Positions 8,431 through 20,223 of a stretch of 32,000 nt of DNA are shown here, one piece after another (position 1 is the stretch's first letter; each line of letters begins with the position of its first letter). Both the position numbers and the translations under genes were made by a program. Source of the stretch: Candidatus Absconditicoccus praedator. GTDB taxonomy: Bacteria; Patescibacteriota; Gracilibacteria; Absconditabacterales; Absconditicoccaceae. Under the pieces are notes generated by a model. The model saw only the letters and a program-made list of their open reading frames with translations, did no database searches and was not told the origin of the DNA. The DNA lies in assembly GCF_021057185.1 (NCBI RefSeq), contig NZ_CP054059.1, positions 930,001 to 962,000 on the forward strand. The letters run 5' to 3'.

Positions 8431-10545
8431 TTAACTTTCTTTTTTGAGCTGGATTTTTCAATCATTTTCATCAATTGATATTATTTTTACTCTAATTTTA
8501 TCGTTTTCTTTAAACATAACTTTTGGATCTGATATGAATCATTCTCATAAGTTTTTAACATGACAAAGTCATGTCTTATTCTTTCAAAGCTCTACAAATA
8601 CTCAATATGATTCTACTCTGGTTATTTTTCATTCAATTGTTTCTCAAACTGTTGGTTGCCAAGAAGACTGTTTTATCATATCAATTGCAAGTTTTTCTTC
8701 TTCTTGATTTTTGGATGTAACAATTGTAGTTCAGTCATCTTTAAAATCAATTTTTGCTCAAGTTTCTTTAACAATATTGTTTATATTTGTTCATCATGAT
8801 CAAATAACATCTCTTACTTGAGTAGGAGTTAGTTTTAGTGTAGTTATTCTAGGTGCATAAACACTTAAACTTTCTCTTGGTTGTGATATTGTTTTTATCA
8901 TATCCTCAAGAATTTCATTTCTTGCTTTATTAGCCTTTTCTATAGCTTTCTCTACTATATCTAGTTGTAGGCCTTTTATTTTCATGTCCATTTGTAGTGC
9001 AGTAATTCAATTTTTTGTTCCTGCAACTTTGAAATCCATATCTCCAGTAAAGTCTTCAACTCACTGAATATCTGTTAAAATTTTGAATTTATCTCAATCA
9101 GTAACCAATCCCATAGCAACTCAACTTACAGGTTGTTTTATTGGTACTCATGCATCCATAAGCGATAGTGTGGATGCACATACAGATGCCATTGATGTTG
9201 ATCAGTTACAGCTTAATACTTCAGAAACAATTCTTGTTGTATAAGGGAATTCTTCCTCTCAAGGAATTACTGATTCAAGTGCTTTTTCTACCAGTTTTCA
9301 GTGTCAGATTTCTCTTCTGCTTGCAGGTCATCACCTTTTTGCCTCATTTGTAGAAAATCATGGCATATTATAATGGTGCATAAATCTTTGTTCAACAGCA
9401 TCAGACTCCATATCATCTACTAGTAGGTAATCTCAAGGAGCTCCTAATGTGGTTGCAGAAAATACTTGTGTTTCTCATCTTTGAAAAAGTCCCGATCAAT
9501 GTATTCTTGGAATAAGTCAAACTTCATGATAAAGTGATCTGATTTCATCAAGTTTTCTTCAATCTACTCTTTTTTCTTCATTGAGGATTTTTTCTCTTAC
9601 AAACTCTTTTACTATATTAAATACTGCTGATTTTACTTTTGTAGTTGTAAAGTTTGTGTTGTTTTCGTCTTCAATCTTGTCTTTTGTTTTTTCTAGTGAT
9701 TCCTGCTCAAATCAACTAACTATTTCGTTAAATTCTTTTTTAGTTGTTGGTATCAAAGCTTCTAATTTATCTTTTGTTATAATTTTTTTCAAAACTCCTA
9801 CTAATTCTTCAGAAGGCTTATTTGTAGTGATTTCTTGAGGTTTTATTTCAAATTGGCTCAAAAATTCTTCTTGGAATTCACATATTTTTTTGATGTTTTC
9901 TTGTCATATTTCAAAAGCTTTCATTAAAGTGCCTGTATCAACTTCATCTCAATTGCATTCTACCATTGTTATTGTGTCTTTTGTTCAAGCAAGTAATAAT
10001 TCTAGTGTTCAATTATTTGTTTCTTCATATGTAGGATTTATTATAAAGTTGCCATCTTTATATCAAATTCTTACAGCTCCAATTGGTCATTGTATGGGAA
10101 TTCAAGCTAGCATACTAGCAAGAGATGCTCAAATTATGCTTGGTACTGCTGTGGTGTTCTCTTTGTCAACAGATAATGGTGTTATACTTATAACTGTGTC
10201 ATTGATCATTCCGTCTGGAAACATAGGTCTAAGTGGTCTATCTGTAAGTCTTGAGGTGAGTATTGTCTGTTCGGAAGGCTTTCATTCTCTTCTAATGTAT
10301 AATGCTCACCCAATTTTTCATCAAGCATAAAAAGACTCTCTGCAATCTATTGTAAGGGGTAGGAAATCCTTATTTTCATCTGGTTTTTTGTTCATTACTG
10401 ATGTGACTAATACAGCTGTTTCTTCTAATTTTATGTATACAGATCAATCTGCTTCAGGAGCTAGCTTTCAAGAACTAACTTCAAATTGTTTTCATTCCCA
10501 TAAAAAACTTTTCTTTGTGTCACTAACTTCTTTCTTTTTTATCAT
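8431..10545 (-). CDS. pnp: polyribonucleotide nucleotidyltransferase (PNPase, 704 aa)
   Basis: Reverse ATG 10545 to TAA (8431-8433), 2115 nt. N-terminus ...GKLAPEADGSVYIKLEETAVLVTSV...DFLPLTIDCRESFYAGGKIGG...RRE...TSRLTDRPLRPMFP. Internal ...MDMKIKGLQLDIVEKAIEKANKARNEIL...PR...YAPRI. C-terminal KH (VIGSGGTNIN) and S1 (GKITRVESYGVFVEL) domains. The track ORF 8800-8991 is in the same frame. Confidence 0.95.
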
Positions 10546-10715
10546 AAAAATTATTATATATATAAATATTTAGTCTTTTATATTTTTTTAAGCAAAAAAA
10601 TCAAGAAAAATACGGTTTTGTTTTTATGTTTATAAGTCAAATCCTTTAATTTTTCCTTGTTTTTTGGTAAAAAATATTTATATTATCTCAAATTTTACAT
10701 TGAAAAAATTTTTTT

Positions 10716-13193
10716 ATGAAAAGTTTATCACAGGTTAGTAAAGAGCTTAATCTTTCTAAGCAAGAGCTTCTAGAATTGATTTATAAAAAAACTTGAAAAT
10801 CTTATAGTCCAAAAACTTCAAAAATATCTGATAGTGTTTATGATAAAATAAAGTCAGATCTTTCAGAGGAAAGTGTGAAAAATTCTTCTGTCAAAGAAAA
10901 AATTGAGGATGAAAAATCAAAGGTTGCTACAGCAGAAGATATTTTTTCTGAGGAGTGATCTTTTCTTTCAGAGTTATGATTTTCTACAGAAGAAAAAATA
11001 GATGAAAAAAGTCAGAAAGAAGATTTGGAAGACGATGATTTATTTGCTTCTACAAAAAAGACTATTTCAAGTTGAAATAAAACTACTTTCACACAAAAAA
11101 AGTCTTTTAACGATAACAAGAAAACATCTCAAACACAGAAAGCAACTAATATAGAAAAGGATAAAAAAGAAATTTGATCTGATGATTCAAAAAAAACACA
11201 AATAACAGTTAGAAAAAAATCAGATAAACCTGCTTATGATAATAAGAATCAAAAAAGTTCTGGTTGAGGGCAATCATATAATGCAAAAACTTCATCTGCT
11301 TCAAAATCTTTGTCAGGTTGATCGGATGAAAAAAAGCTTACCAAAAAAGAAAAGAAAAAGCAGAAAATATCAAAAGATGAAAAAAAATCTGAAACAAATG
11401 TAAAAAAGGAAGAGGCTCCAAAAGTTTCAGAAACCCTAAAAAAGAAGGAAAAAATTGTAGTTTCTTCAACTATATCAATAAAGGAATTTTCTGAGAAGAT
11501 GGGTATTCCTTTGCAAGAGGTGATGAAAAAATTGTTGGCTAACAAGATTGTATTACCTGTAACTGCAAATATAGATTTTGATACAGCTAGTTTGATTTGA
11601 GAAGAATTATGAGTAAAAGTAGAAAATGAATGAACTGATGTATCAGTAGAAGAATTATTGAGTTGAGATTTGGATTCTATACTAGCTCCTGATAAAAAAA
11701 TAGAAGAAGCTGATGTTAGGCCTCCTGTGGTAGCTGTTATGTGACATGTAGATCACTGAAAAACTAAGCTTTTGGATTATATTAGAAAAACAGATAAAGT
11801 TGAATGAGAAGCTTGATGAATAACTCAAAGTATATGAGCGTCTCAAGTTCATCATAATGATCAAAAAATAACATTCATTGATACACCATGACATGAGCTT
11901 TTTACTTCATTAAGAGCTAGGGGTACTAAGATTACAGATGTGGCAGTAATCGTAGTAGCAGCAGATGATTGAATACAGCAACAAACAATAGAGGCAATAA
12001 ATCATGCAAAAGAAGCCTGAGTGCCAATAATTGTTGCTATTACAAAAATAGACTTACCAAATTCAAACATTGAAAATATTAAATGAAGGTTGGCTGAGTT
12101 TGACTTAATACCAGAAGATTGGTGATGAGATACTATTACTGTACCATTGTCTTCTATAACATGACAGTGAATATCTGATTTGATGGATATGATTTTGTTG
12201 CAGTCCGAAATGTTGGAATTGAAATACGATCCTCAAAGAAAGTGAGTTTGAGTTATTTTGGAGTCAGATAAAGACTCAAAAAAGTGAATAACTGCTTCTA
12301 CAATAGTTATGACTGGGAATCTTAATGTATGAGATGTTGTTGTTGTGTGAGAAACTTTTTGAAGAGTAAGAAAACTAACAAACTGGAAACATCAGGATGT
12401 TAAAACTGCTTATGCTTGAGATCCAGTACAGATTTTGTGAATACAGGATCTACCAAAGCCATGAAAAATCTTGGAGTCAGTGAGCTCAGAAAAAGATGCT
12501 CGTGCTAAAATACAAGCAATTCAAGAAAAGGCATCACAACAAACAAATCAATCTTGAATGCAAAATATATTGGATCAAATATGAAAGTGAGATAAAGTAC
12601 AATTAAAGTTGATTTTAAAAGCAGATAGTTTTTGAAGTCTTGAGGCTGTAAAATATGCAGTAGAAAAGCTGGAAATGCCTGAAAATATTGAGTTGAAGAT
12701 TATTCATAATGATGTGTGAGATGTTTCTGATTCTGATATTATATTGTGAAATGCTTCTGAGGCATTTGTAGTATGATTCAATGTAAAAGTATCTTGATCA
12801 ATAAAAAAGAAGGCAGAATCACAAAAGGTTGTAGTAAAGTCTTTTGATGTTATATATGAGCTTATAGATTATGTTGATAGACTTTCTAAATGACTGGTAA
12901 AACCAGAGGAAAAAGAAGTTTATATATGAAGGCTTGAAGTTTTGTGAGTATTTTTCAAAAGAGGTAAGGAGATGATCGTATGAGGAAAGGTGTTGGATTG
13001 AGAAGTTAGAAATTGAAGTTTTTTGAAGGCTTATAGATGAGAAGAACAGGTGTCTTGATGAAAAATAACATCACTTAAAAGAGAGCAAGAAAATGTAAAC
13101 ACAGTAACATCTGGTCATGAGTGCTGAATGAAAATTAAAGTATCCAAAAAAATTCAAGAATGAGATATCTTGGAGTTTCATGTGATAGAATAA
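10716..13193 (+). CDS. infB: translation initiation factor IF-2 (825 aa)
   Basis: ATG 10716 to TAA 13191-13193 (2478 nt). G domain [23 protein letters not shown], with both P-loop Gly encoded by TGA (11742-11744 and 11757-11759). Also DTPGHE-type region and NHAKEAGVPIIVAITKIDLP. Lys/Glu/Ser-rich N-terminal region. Confidence 0.95.
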
Positions 13194-13214
13194 TTTATAT
13201 TTTTTAGATTGTGT

Positions 13215-13754
13215 ATGAAGCTTGTAGTATGATTATGAAATCCTTGAGATAAGTATAAAAATACTAGGCATAATATAGGTTTTGATGCGATAGACTGGTT
13301 TTGTGATCAATATAACTTTCCTGTTTTCAATTATGAGTCAAAATTTGAGTCTTTTGTATCAAATTCTATTGTGAGTGATGAAAAAGTGTTGTTGGCTAAA
13401 CCACAAACATATATGAATCTTTCTTGAAAGGCGGTTTCTTCAATCTCTAATTTTTATAAAATTCCTTTTGAGGATATATTGATTGTGTATGATGATATTG
13501 ATATGCCGACTTGAAAAATTAGATTTAAGTTTGATTGAGCAGCCTGAGGTCATAACTGAATAAAAGATACAATAAAAAGATTGTGAACAGATAAGTTTTG
13601 AAGACTAAAAATATGAATTGATAGACCAGACAATAAAGAAATGATTACGCCCTGGGTTCTTTGAAGATTTACAGAAAAAGAGTATGAAGCAATTTACTCT
13701 CAAAAAGATGATATAGTTAAACTTATTGTTAACTGGCTGGATTGAAAACTCTAG
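13215..13754 (+). CDS. pth: peptidyl-tRNA hydrolase (179 aa)
   Basis: [29 protein letters not shown]...LAKPQTYMNLSGKAV...IVYDDIDMPTGKIRFK..GG.GGHNGIK. Canonical Pth motifs, several Gly encoded by TGA. Confidence 0.92.
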
Positions 13755-13828
13755 TTTGTTGAAATTTTTTATTGAAATAACAAATTTTTTTATTACATTT
13801 TAATAGATTTATACTTACAAATTTATTA

Positions 13829-14581
13829 ATGAAAATTTTAAAAAACTGGTTGTTTTACTTTTATTTTGTAATTTTTGTTGGGGTTTTTTATTTTATTAGT
13901 TATTGAACAACTTTTTCTTTTGGATGGTTAAGTTTTTGGTGATACCAACAAAATATAAAGCTTTCTAAAGAATATGTTAGACCAGAAACTTTCAATAGGA
14001 TTTCTTCATTGACAGCTCAAGCTAATATGAGAATATGACAAGAAAATCAGCCTCAACTTTATTATCTAGAAGAGTCTGTAAATAAAACTCACACGATAAA
14101 GGATCTTGTAAACACGGAGGTTATAGATTTGATGGAATGAGAAGCAAGAAAGCAGGATGTATTGGAATCATATATCAATCAGATAAGATTAACAATGCAT
14201 GAAGCTGAAGACTTAAAAAATGAATTATCATGGAGAAAGAATGAGAAAAGGACATATTCTACAGTTTGTGACAGTGAAAAAATGTCTGCAGATCAGCAGT
14301 TTTATCAACACTTAGATCAAAATGAGCCTCATTTGATGGTTGAAAATTTGAAAGATTCTTCTGAAAAGGCTATATGTTATATAGAAAATAGAGTTTATGC
14401 AAATGCATATGATAATGTATTTAGACAGTTAACTTTTTACTCGAACATTTTAAAACAAAAATTTCAAATTGTTGAAAATAATAAAGATATACTTTTATCA
14501 AATGCAGATATTTTTAGAGAAAATAAGCTTGAAAAACTATTACAATTAAGAAGACAACTTTCTCAATTTAATGTTCAATAA
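13829..14581 (+). CDS. hypothetical N-terminally membrane-anchored protein (250 aa)
   Basis: ATG 13829 to TAA 14579-14581 (753 nt). TM segment WLFYFYFVIFVGVFYFISYG, followed by a polar, helical-looking region. The track ORF 14162-14581 is its C-terminal part. Confidence 0.6.
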
Positions 14582-14586
14582 AAATA

Positions 14587-15825
14587 ATGAAAAAAAATAT
14601 ATTTGTTTTAATCTTTTTTGTGGTTTCCGGTTTTTTAGTTTGGATTTTTCAAACTTTTTTCTTTGATGCAGAAAATATAGATTTTATGTGATATGAAGTA
14701 AATAATTTTTTTTGAATTAGTTATAATGATTTATTTCATCTTTCGTATTTGGAACCTAAGTATATGCGAGAATGAGATGTGATTTTAGATTATTTTGAGT
14801 TTTGTAAAGATAATGATTCTTTATGTTCAGTCTTTCCTCATCAGTCTTTTTATGCAGATCTTACTTGGATAAATTCAGTCCAGTATATTGGTGGAAATGC
14901 TAGACTACATCCAAATATTAAGTTTAAGATGATAGATAATATTACAAACTTAGATCCGTATTGGAATTATGTTTACAATTTTTGACAGTTAACAATTCCT
15001 GAAAATGAGCTTCTTTCAAGATACGATGAAAATATTCAATATCAATCATGGAAAGATTCAATAAAGCTTTGAGAAAAGTGAATAAACTTCAACTGTGATA
15101 ATGATACTATAGAGTTTGTTGAGTCTTTATCTAATAAAGACTACTATTCAGTTTATTCTAGACTTGAAATGGAATATCCTCAATATGCAAATCCTTGTGT
15201 TGATCATAAGTTACCTTTTTATCAATGATTCAACTATTATAATTATCTTGATGAATATATTCCTGCTTCAAAAAACTTTATGTTGGCTTCGTTTAATGAT
15301 GATGTTCCTTGAATAGCTAGTTCTATGGTATCTATATTGCATGGAAGGTATTGAGAATATTTGCAAAGTATGCATCTTTGGTATACCTATTTTGTAAGTA
15401 TATTGGATCAATTAGATTGACAAGAGGAGGAGACTTTGGAAGAATCTGCTCAAAATGCTTTGGATAGAGCGGTATGACAACTTCAATTTCATATACTTTC
15501 TCAGTCTTCAGAAAAAACAGATGAAGATTGTGCAAAAGAATATGAATGTTTGAAGCAAGAATGATATATTAAAGATACTATAAGTTCAATTATTGGTGAG
15601 TGTGGTGATCAGTATGATATTTTAGATAATTATACAGATCCACAGGATGTTATTTCTGATAGTAAATGTTTTGTTTTATCTTATTGAATAGATAATGGTT
15701 ATATAGATAACAATACATGATATTTGATATCTCCAATGAATGAAGAATTTGAGTTTGTTCGAGATGAAGATGTAGGTTGATGGTGGACTCAGTCGGTAAT
15801 TTCAGATGCTTTTGAGCACCAATAA
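14587..15825 (+). CDS. hypothetical N-terminally membrane-anchored, Cys/aromatic-rich protein (412 aa)
   Basis: ATG 14587 to TAA 15823-15825 (1239 nt). Signal/anchor MKKNIFVLIFFVVSGFLVWIF. The track ORF 14779-14985 is in the same frame. No family recognised. Confidence 0.6.
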
Positions 15826-15876
15826 AAAAATAGTGCTATTTTCTCTTGAAATTTTTCTAAAATTTTTTATTATTAT

Positions 15877-15904
15877 GGCACCTAATAAATTCAGGTGCCT
15901 TTTA
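15877..15904 (+). terminator. Rho-independent terminator
   Basis: GGCACCT (15877-15883) / AGGTGCC (15893-15899), followed by a T-run. Confidence 0.7.
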
Positions 15905-15923
15905 TATTATAATAAAATAAAAA

Positions 15924-16229
15924 ATGACAAAACTAGTTCCAATAGAAGATCGTATAGTTGTTAAAACAATAAAAGAAGAAAGTAAGACAAAATGATGAAT
16001 AGTGCTTCCTGAGACAACCAAAGAAAAACCTGGTAGGTGAGAAGTTGTGGCAGTTGGAGAATGAAAAATACTTGATGACTGAAAAAGAGCACCAATGGAT
16101 ATAAAAGTGGGAGATGTAGTTCATTTTACTAAATTTAGTCCAGATGAGATAGAATTAGAAGAAAATTGAGAAAAGGTGAAATATTTGGTTGTAAAGCATG
16201 ATCAAGTATTAGCAAAAGAAAACTCATAA
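15924..16229 (+). CDS. groES: co-chaperonin GroES (101 aa)
   Basis: [65 protein letters not shown].F. Canonical GroES pattern, located immediately upstream of groEL. Confidence 0.95.
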
Positions 16230-16266
16230 ACAATTTGTAAAAATTTAAATCCTAAAAAAAACAAAT

Positions 16267-17928
16267 ATGGCAAAAACAATAAGATATGGGGATGATTCAA
16301 GAAAACAAGTTTATTCAGGTATCAAAAAAGTTGCAGATGCAGTTTCTGTAACAATGTGACCAAAGTGAAGAAATGTAATACTAGAAAAGTCTTATGGTGC
16401 ACCTACTGTAACTAACGATGGTGTTACTGTAGCAAAAGAAATAGAGCTTGAAGATCATTTAGAAAATATTTGAGCAGAGCTTTTGAAAGAAGCAGCAAAC
16501 AAAACTAATGATGCTGCAGGTGATGGTACTACTTCTACAGCAGTGCTTGTAGATGCTATAGTTAATGAGTGACTTAGATATGTGAGTTCTTGAGTAAATC
16601 CATTTGCTCTATGAAGAGGTCTTCACAAAGCAACTGAAAAAGTGGTAGAAGAACTTTGAAAACAATCTAAAGCAGTAGATACAAAAGAACAAATTAGACA
16701 GGTAGCTACCATATCTGCTCAAGATGAGGAAGTTTGAGAACATATTGCTGAGGTTATGGAAGAAGTTTGAAATGATTGAGTAATAACTGTGGAAGAATGA
16801 AGATCTTTGGGTCTTGAGAAAGATGTAGTAAAAGGTATGCAGTTTGATCAATGATATGTAAGTCCTTATTTTGTTACAGATACATGAAGAATGGAGTCTG
16901 TGGTTGAGAAACCATCAATCATAATCACAGACAAAAAAATCTCTTCTATCCAAGAAATACTTCCTTTGCTTGAACAAATATCCAATAAAGGTAAAAAAGA
17001 TATTGTTCTTATAGCAGAAGAAATAGAATGAGAAGCTTTGACAACATTGGTGTTGAATAAACTAAAATGAGTTTTGAATGTTCTTACAGTGAAGGCTCCT
17101 GGGTTTGGAGATAGAAAGAAAGAAATGCTTAAAGATATAGCTACAGTAACATGATGACAAGTAATTACAGAAGAAGTTGGTCTGTCTTTGGAAAATGCAA
17201 CTATGGATGTTGTTGGACAAGCAGAAAAGGTTATTTCTACTAAAGACAACACAACAATAGTATGAGGAAAAGGAAATGAAAATGATATAAATTCAAGAGT
17301 TCAAGAAATAAGAGTACAAATAGATGAAACTACTTCTGATTATGATAAAGAAAAACTTCAAGAAAGATTAGCAAGACTTGTATGAGGAGTAGCTGTGATA
17401 AGAGTTGGTGCTGCTACAGAAACAGAAATGAAAAACAAGAAATACAAAATTGAAGATGCATTGAATGCTACAAGAGCAGCTGTATCTGAATGAATAGTTG
17501 CTTGATGATGAACTGCATTGTTAAGTATTGGTAAAGTTTTGGATGGTTATCAACTTGATGATAAAGACGAACAAATTTGAGTAGAAATAATAAGAAAGGC
17601 AACTGAATATCCTGCAAGGCAAATTTCTAAAAATGCTTGATACAAAGGAGATTTAGTGATAGAAAAAGTTAAAGAAAAAAATCAAGCAAACTATTGATTT
17701 AATGCAAAAACTTGAGAATATGAAGATTTGTTGGATAAATGAGTAATAGATCCAGCTAAAGTAGTAAGAGAATCATTGCAGAACTCAACAAGTTCAGCTG
17801 CAATGCTTTTGACTACTGATGCTGTAATATCTGATATTCCAAAGAAAGATGATGATAAATGATGAGATGACATGTGAGGAATGTGAGGTATGTGAGGTAT
17901 GTGATGAGGAATGCCTGGAATGATGTAA
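16267..17928 (+). CDS. groEL: chaperonin GroEL (553 aa)
   Basis: [63 protein letters not shown]...[12 protein letters not shown].... C-terminal (GGM)n tail. Conserved Gly encoded by TGA (for example 16357-16359 and 16366-16368). Confidence 0.97.
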
Positions 17929-17949
17929 AAAACTAGTAAATAATTAATT

Positions 17950-17977
17950 AAAACACCCTTATATGGGTGTTTTTTTG
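17950..17977 (+). terminator. Rho-independent terminator of groESL
   Basis: AAAACACCC / GGGTGTTTT stem with loop TTATAT, followed by a T-run (17971-17976). Confidence 0.8.
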
Positions 17978-17981
17978 TTTG

Positions 17982-18156
17982 AAAAAATTAAAAATCTATT
18001 GACTTTAGAAATAAAACAATTAAAAGAATTTTCCTGGTGTTTTTAAATAAATTTTTTAGGGTAAAATTGACTTTTATTATTAAAAAATCTTGAAATGCTA
18101 ATTTAGGTAAAAAAAATTAAAAAATCTATTGACTTTAAAAATAAAATCATTATACA
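17982..18156 (+). promoter_or_regulatory. duplicated promoter-like module upstream of the surface-protein genes
   Basis: About 33-bp direct repeat AAAATTAAAAATCTATTGACTTTAGAAATAAAA (about 17983-18015), repeated at about 18114-18147. TTGACT boxes at 17999-18004, 18067-18072 and 18129-18134. The last is followed after 16 nt by TATACA (18151-18156), about 45 nt before ATG 18201. Confidence 0.5.
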
Positions 18157-18200
18157 CCAGGTCAGGAACAGGTAAAGAATTTATATATTAAGCCATAAAA

Positions 18201-20195
18201 ATGATTGGTAAAATGAATAAGCTTAAAGAAGGTGTGTCTGTTGCTTCAGTTAAGCAAGATTGAGTAAAAAAAGCAATATCACTTGCTGTTGCTGCTACAT
18301 TGACAGCTGGTGCAGCAAATGCCTTGGCAAATGGAGATAAAGATAATGTTAGTTGATATTCTGATACTGTTTCAGAAACAGCTAAAAGTATTAATTGGGA
18401 TAAAGATGGAAATATGATTCGTTTTTCTGATACGTTGTCTTCTATGATAGATGAGAATGATATCGATCTAACTCCTGATCAAATAAAAGAAGCTTTGTGA
18501 AGAGATATATGGAGATGAGATAAGTGGATTTATGAAGATTGAGTATTGTACTTGAAAAAAGAGTGAAGTTGACAAGTTGTGTCTATACAAGAAGATTTTG
18601 CTGATGATGAAGAATTAGAATATGCAAAAGGTGTAGAGGATGCTGATACTGATTCAGGTAGTGATGAGAGAGAAACTTTTGTTAGGGCTCATGCTACTGA
18701 TGATGATGTTACTGTTAGACAAAGATTTCAGGAGTTAAATATGGAAATTAGTGGATGATTAGGATTTGTTGATATGAATAATAATAGTCTTTTGACAGCA
18801 GATATATGAGCTGCATATTTGCATCCATCAGAAATGTGGGGAGTATATGGTGAATATCAAAATGTAGAAAGAGGTGAAGCTAATAGATGGATGTTTTGAT
18901 GAGCTTTTCAGGTGCTTGATAATTCTGTTACAAATGTTACAACTCAATTCCTTGAAAGAAATATTGAAGTTGATTGACATGTGGGTGAAACATCTAGATT
19001 CTCTATATGAGCAGAACATGAGCAGTATATAGGTGATGATATTTTTGATAGTGTAGGAGGAAGATTTGTATATAGAACTACTGATTCTGAAGAAGTATGA
19101 CAAGATTGAACTTATAAATATCACTGGGAAGGGGCTGATGTGAATAGACTAGAATGAACTACAGGTGTGTTTTATCCAGGAAGAGATGATATTAAATGAA
19201 CTTTATCTGCAGGTTATGAAAGAACTGAATATGATATAACAGGAGGTGCAGATGATTCATTGACATGATCTCTTGAATGAGTTTATCAACCAAGAGATGA
19301 TGTTAGAACTAGTTTTTCATATAGACATTCAAATACTGTAGATACAATGAATGTGTCTGCGTGATGGCATTTTGCTCCTGATCAGAGGTTGACAGCAGAT
19401 TATACTCATTATAATTATGATGATGCTGGTCCAGAAAATACAATAATGTTTAATTATACTATCTGACAGTGAGGCGGTTTTGGAGAGTTAAGAAATCCAT
19501 GAGGTGATGTTGGTTTGGATTTTGAAAATTTAAATGCTGTTCAGTGAGTAGATGGTTTTGATTTAGATGGTAGAAAGTATGTAGAAGAAATAGAAGAAAA
19601 GGAAGATCCAGAAGGTTTGAAGGCTGATGATTTTATTTTGTCGGATGATGTATGATCAGGTAGCGTTGAAGGTGATTGGAAAGAGCTATCAGATGTAAGA
19701 TGATGAAGTGGTGAGTACTCAGCAATGTTTGAAAATTGAGAAACAGAAATAAACACAGATAAATGAAATTGGAGAATAGATGGTGATAAGCTTACTTTCA
19801 ATCCAAATGACGATACTGAAGGTGATGATACTGTTTCCCTTGTTATAGAAAACTGAGAATGAAAAACTACTACAGTAGAGTCAACAGTTAGAAATATTGA
19901 TACTACTGAAGAATGAGTTCCAGAAATAATTGACCCTGAAGAAGATGGTTGAACATACTGGTTTGAACCTGGAGAAAGAACTCAAATTAAAGTAGAATTT
20001 GACAGAGATCCTTCGGATTTTGATGTAGATCTTGTTTGATGATTTGAATGAGCATATCAATGAACTGCAATAGATTGAAATACTATGAGAATAGAGATTA
20101 TTGCAACAGATACAGATCAAACTACTTGACAACTTATTCTTCAGAATAGTTCAGGAGATACTTTTGAGTTTAATTTGGCAACAAGAGAAAATTAA
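18201..20195 (+). CDS. secreted beta-rich surface protein, function unknown (664 aa)
   Basis: ATG 18201 to TAA 20193-20195 (1995 nt). Signal peptide ...KKAISLAVAATLTAGAANALA. The central region has amphipathic, aromatic-terminated strand-like segments (TSFSYRHSN, LTADYTHYNY, TIMFNYTI, LSAGYERTEYD). Acidic Ig-like C-terminal part. Confidence 0.7.
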
Positions 20196-20223
20196 AAATT
20201 TTACAACCTAAATTAATTAACAA

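Noticed and set aside
9890-10330. Track ORF of 146 aa on the + strand (and neighbours 9581-9838, 9168-9353, 10388-10573)
   Set aside because: They are antisense to the verified pnp frame, with low-complexity S/V/I/F-rich sequence. They are an artefact of the AT-rich antisense strand lacking TAA/TAG.
16866-17252. Track ORF of 128 aa on the - strand (also 16609-16851 and 17691-17873)
   Set aside because: They are antisense to groEL.
18154-18180. ACCAGGTCAGGAACAGG resembling the SRP RNA helix-8 5' strand (ACCAGGUCAGG)
   Set aside because: There is no following GNRA tetraloop or GGAAGCAGCC 3' strand and no enclosing long helix. The match overlaps the promoter and leader of the 18201 gene and is probably chance.
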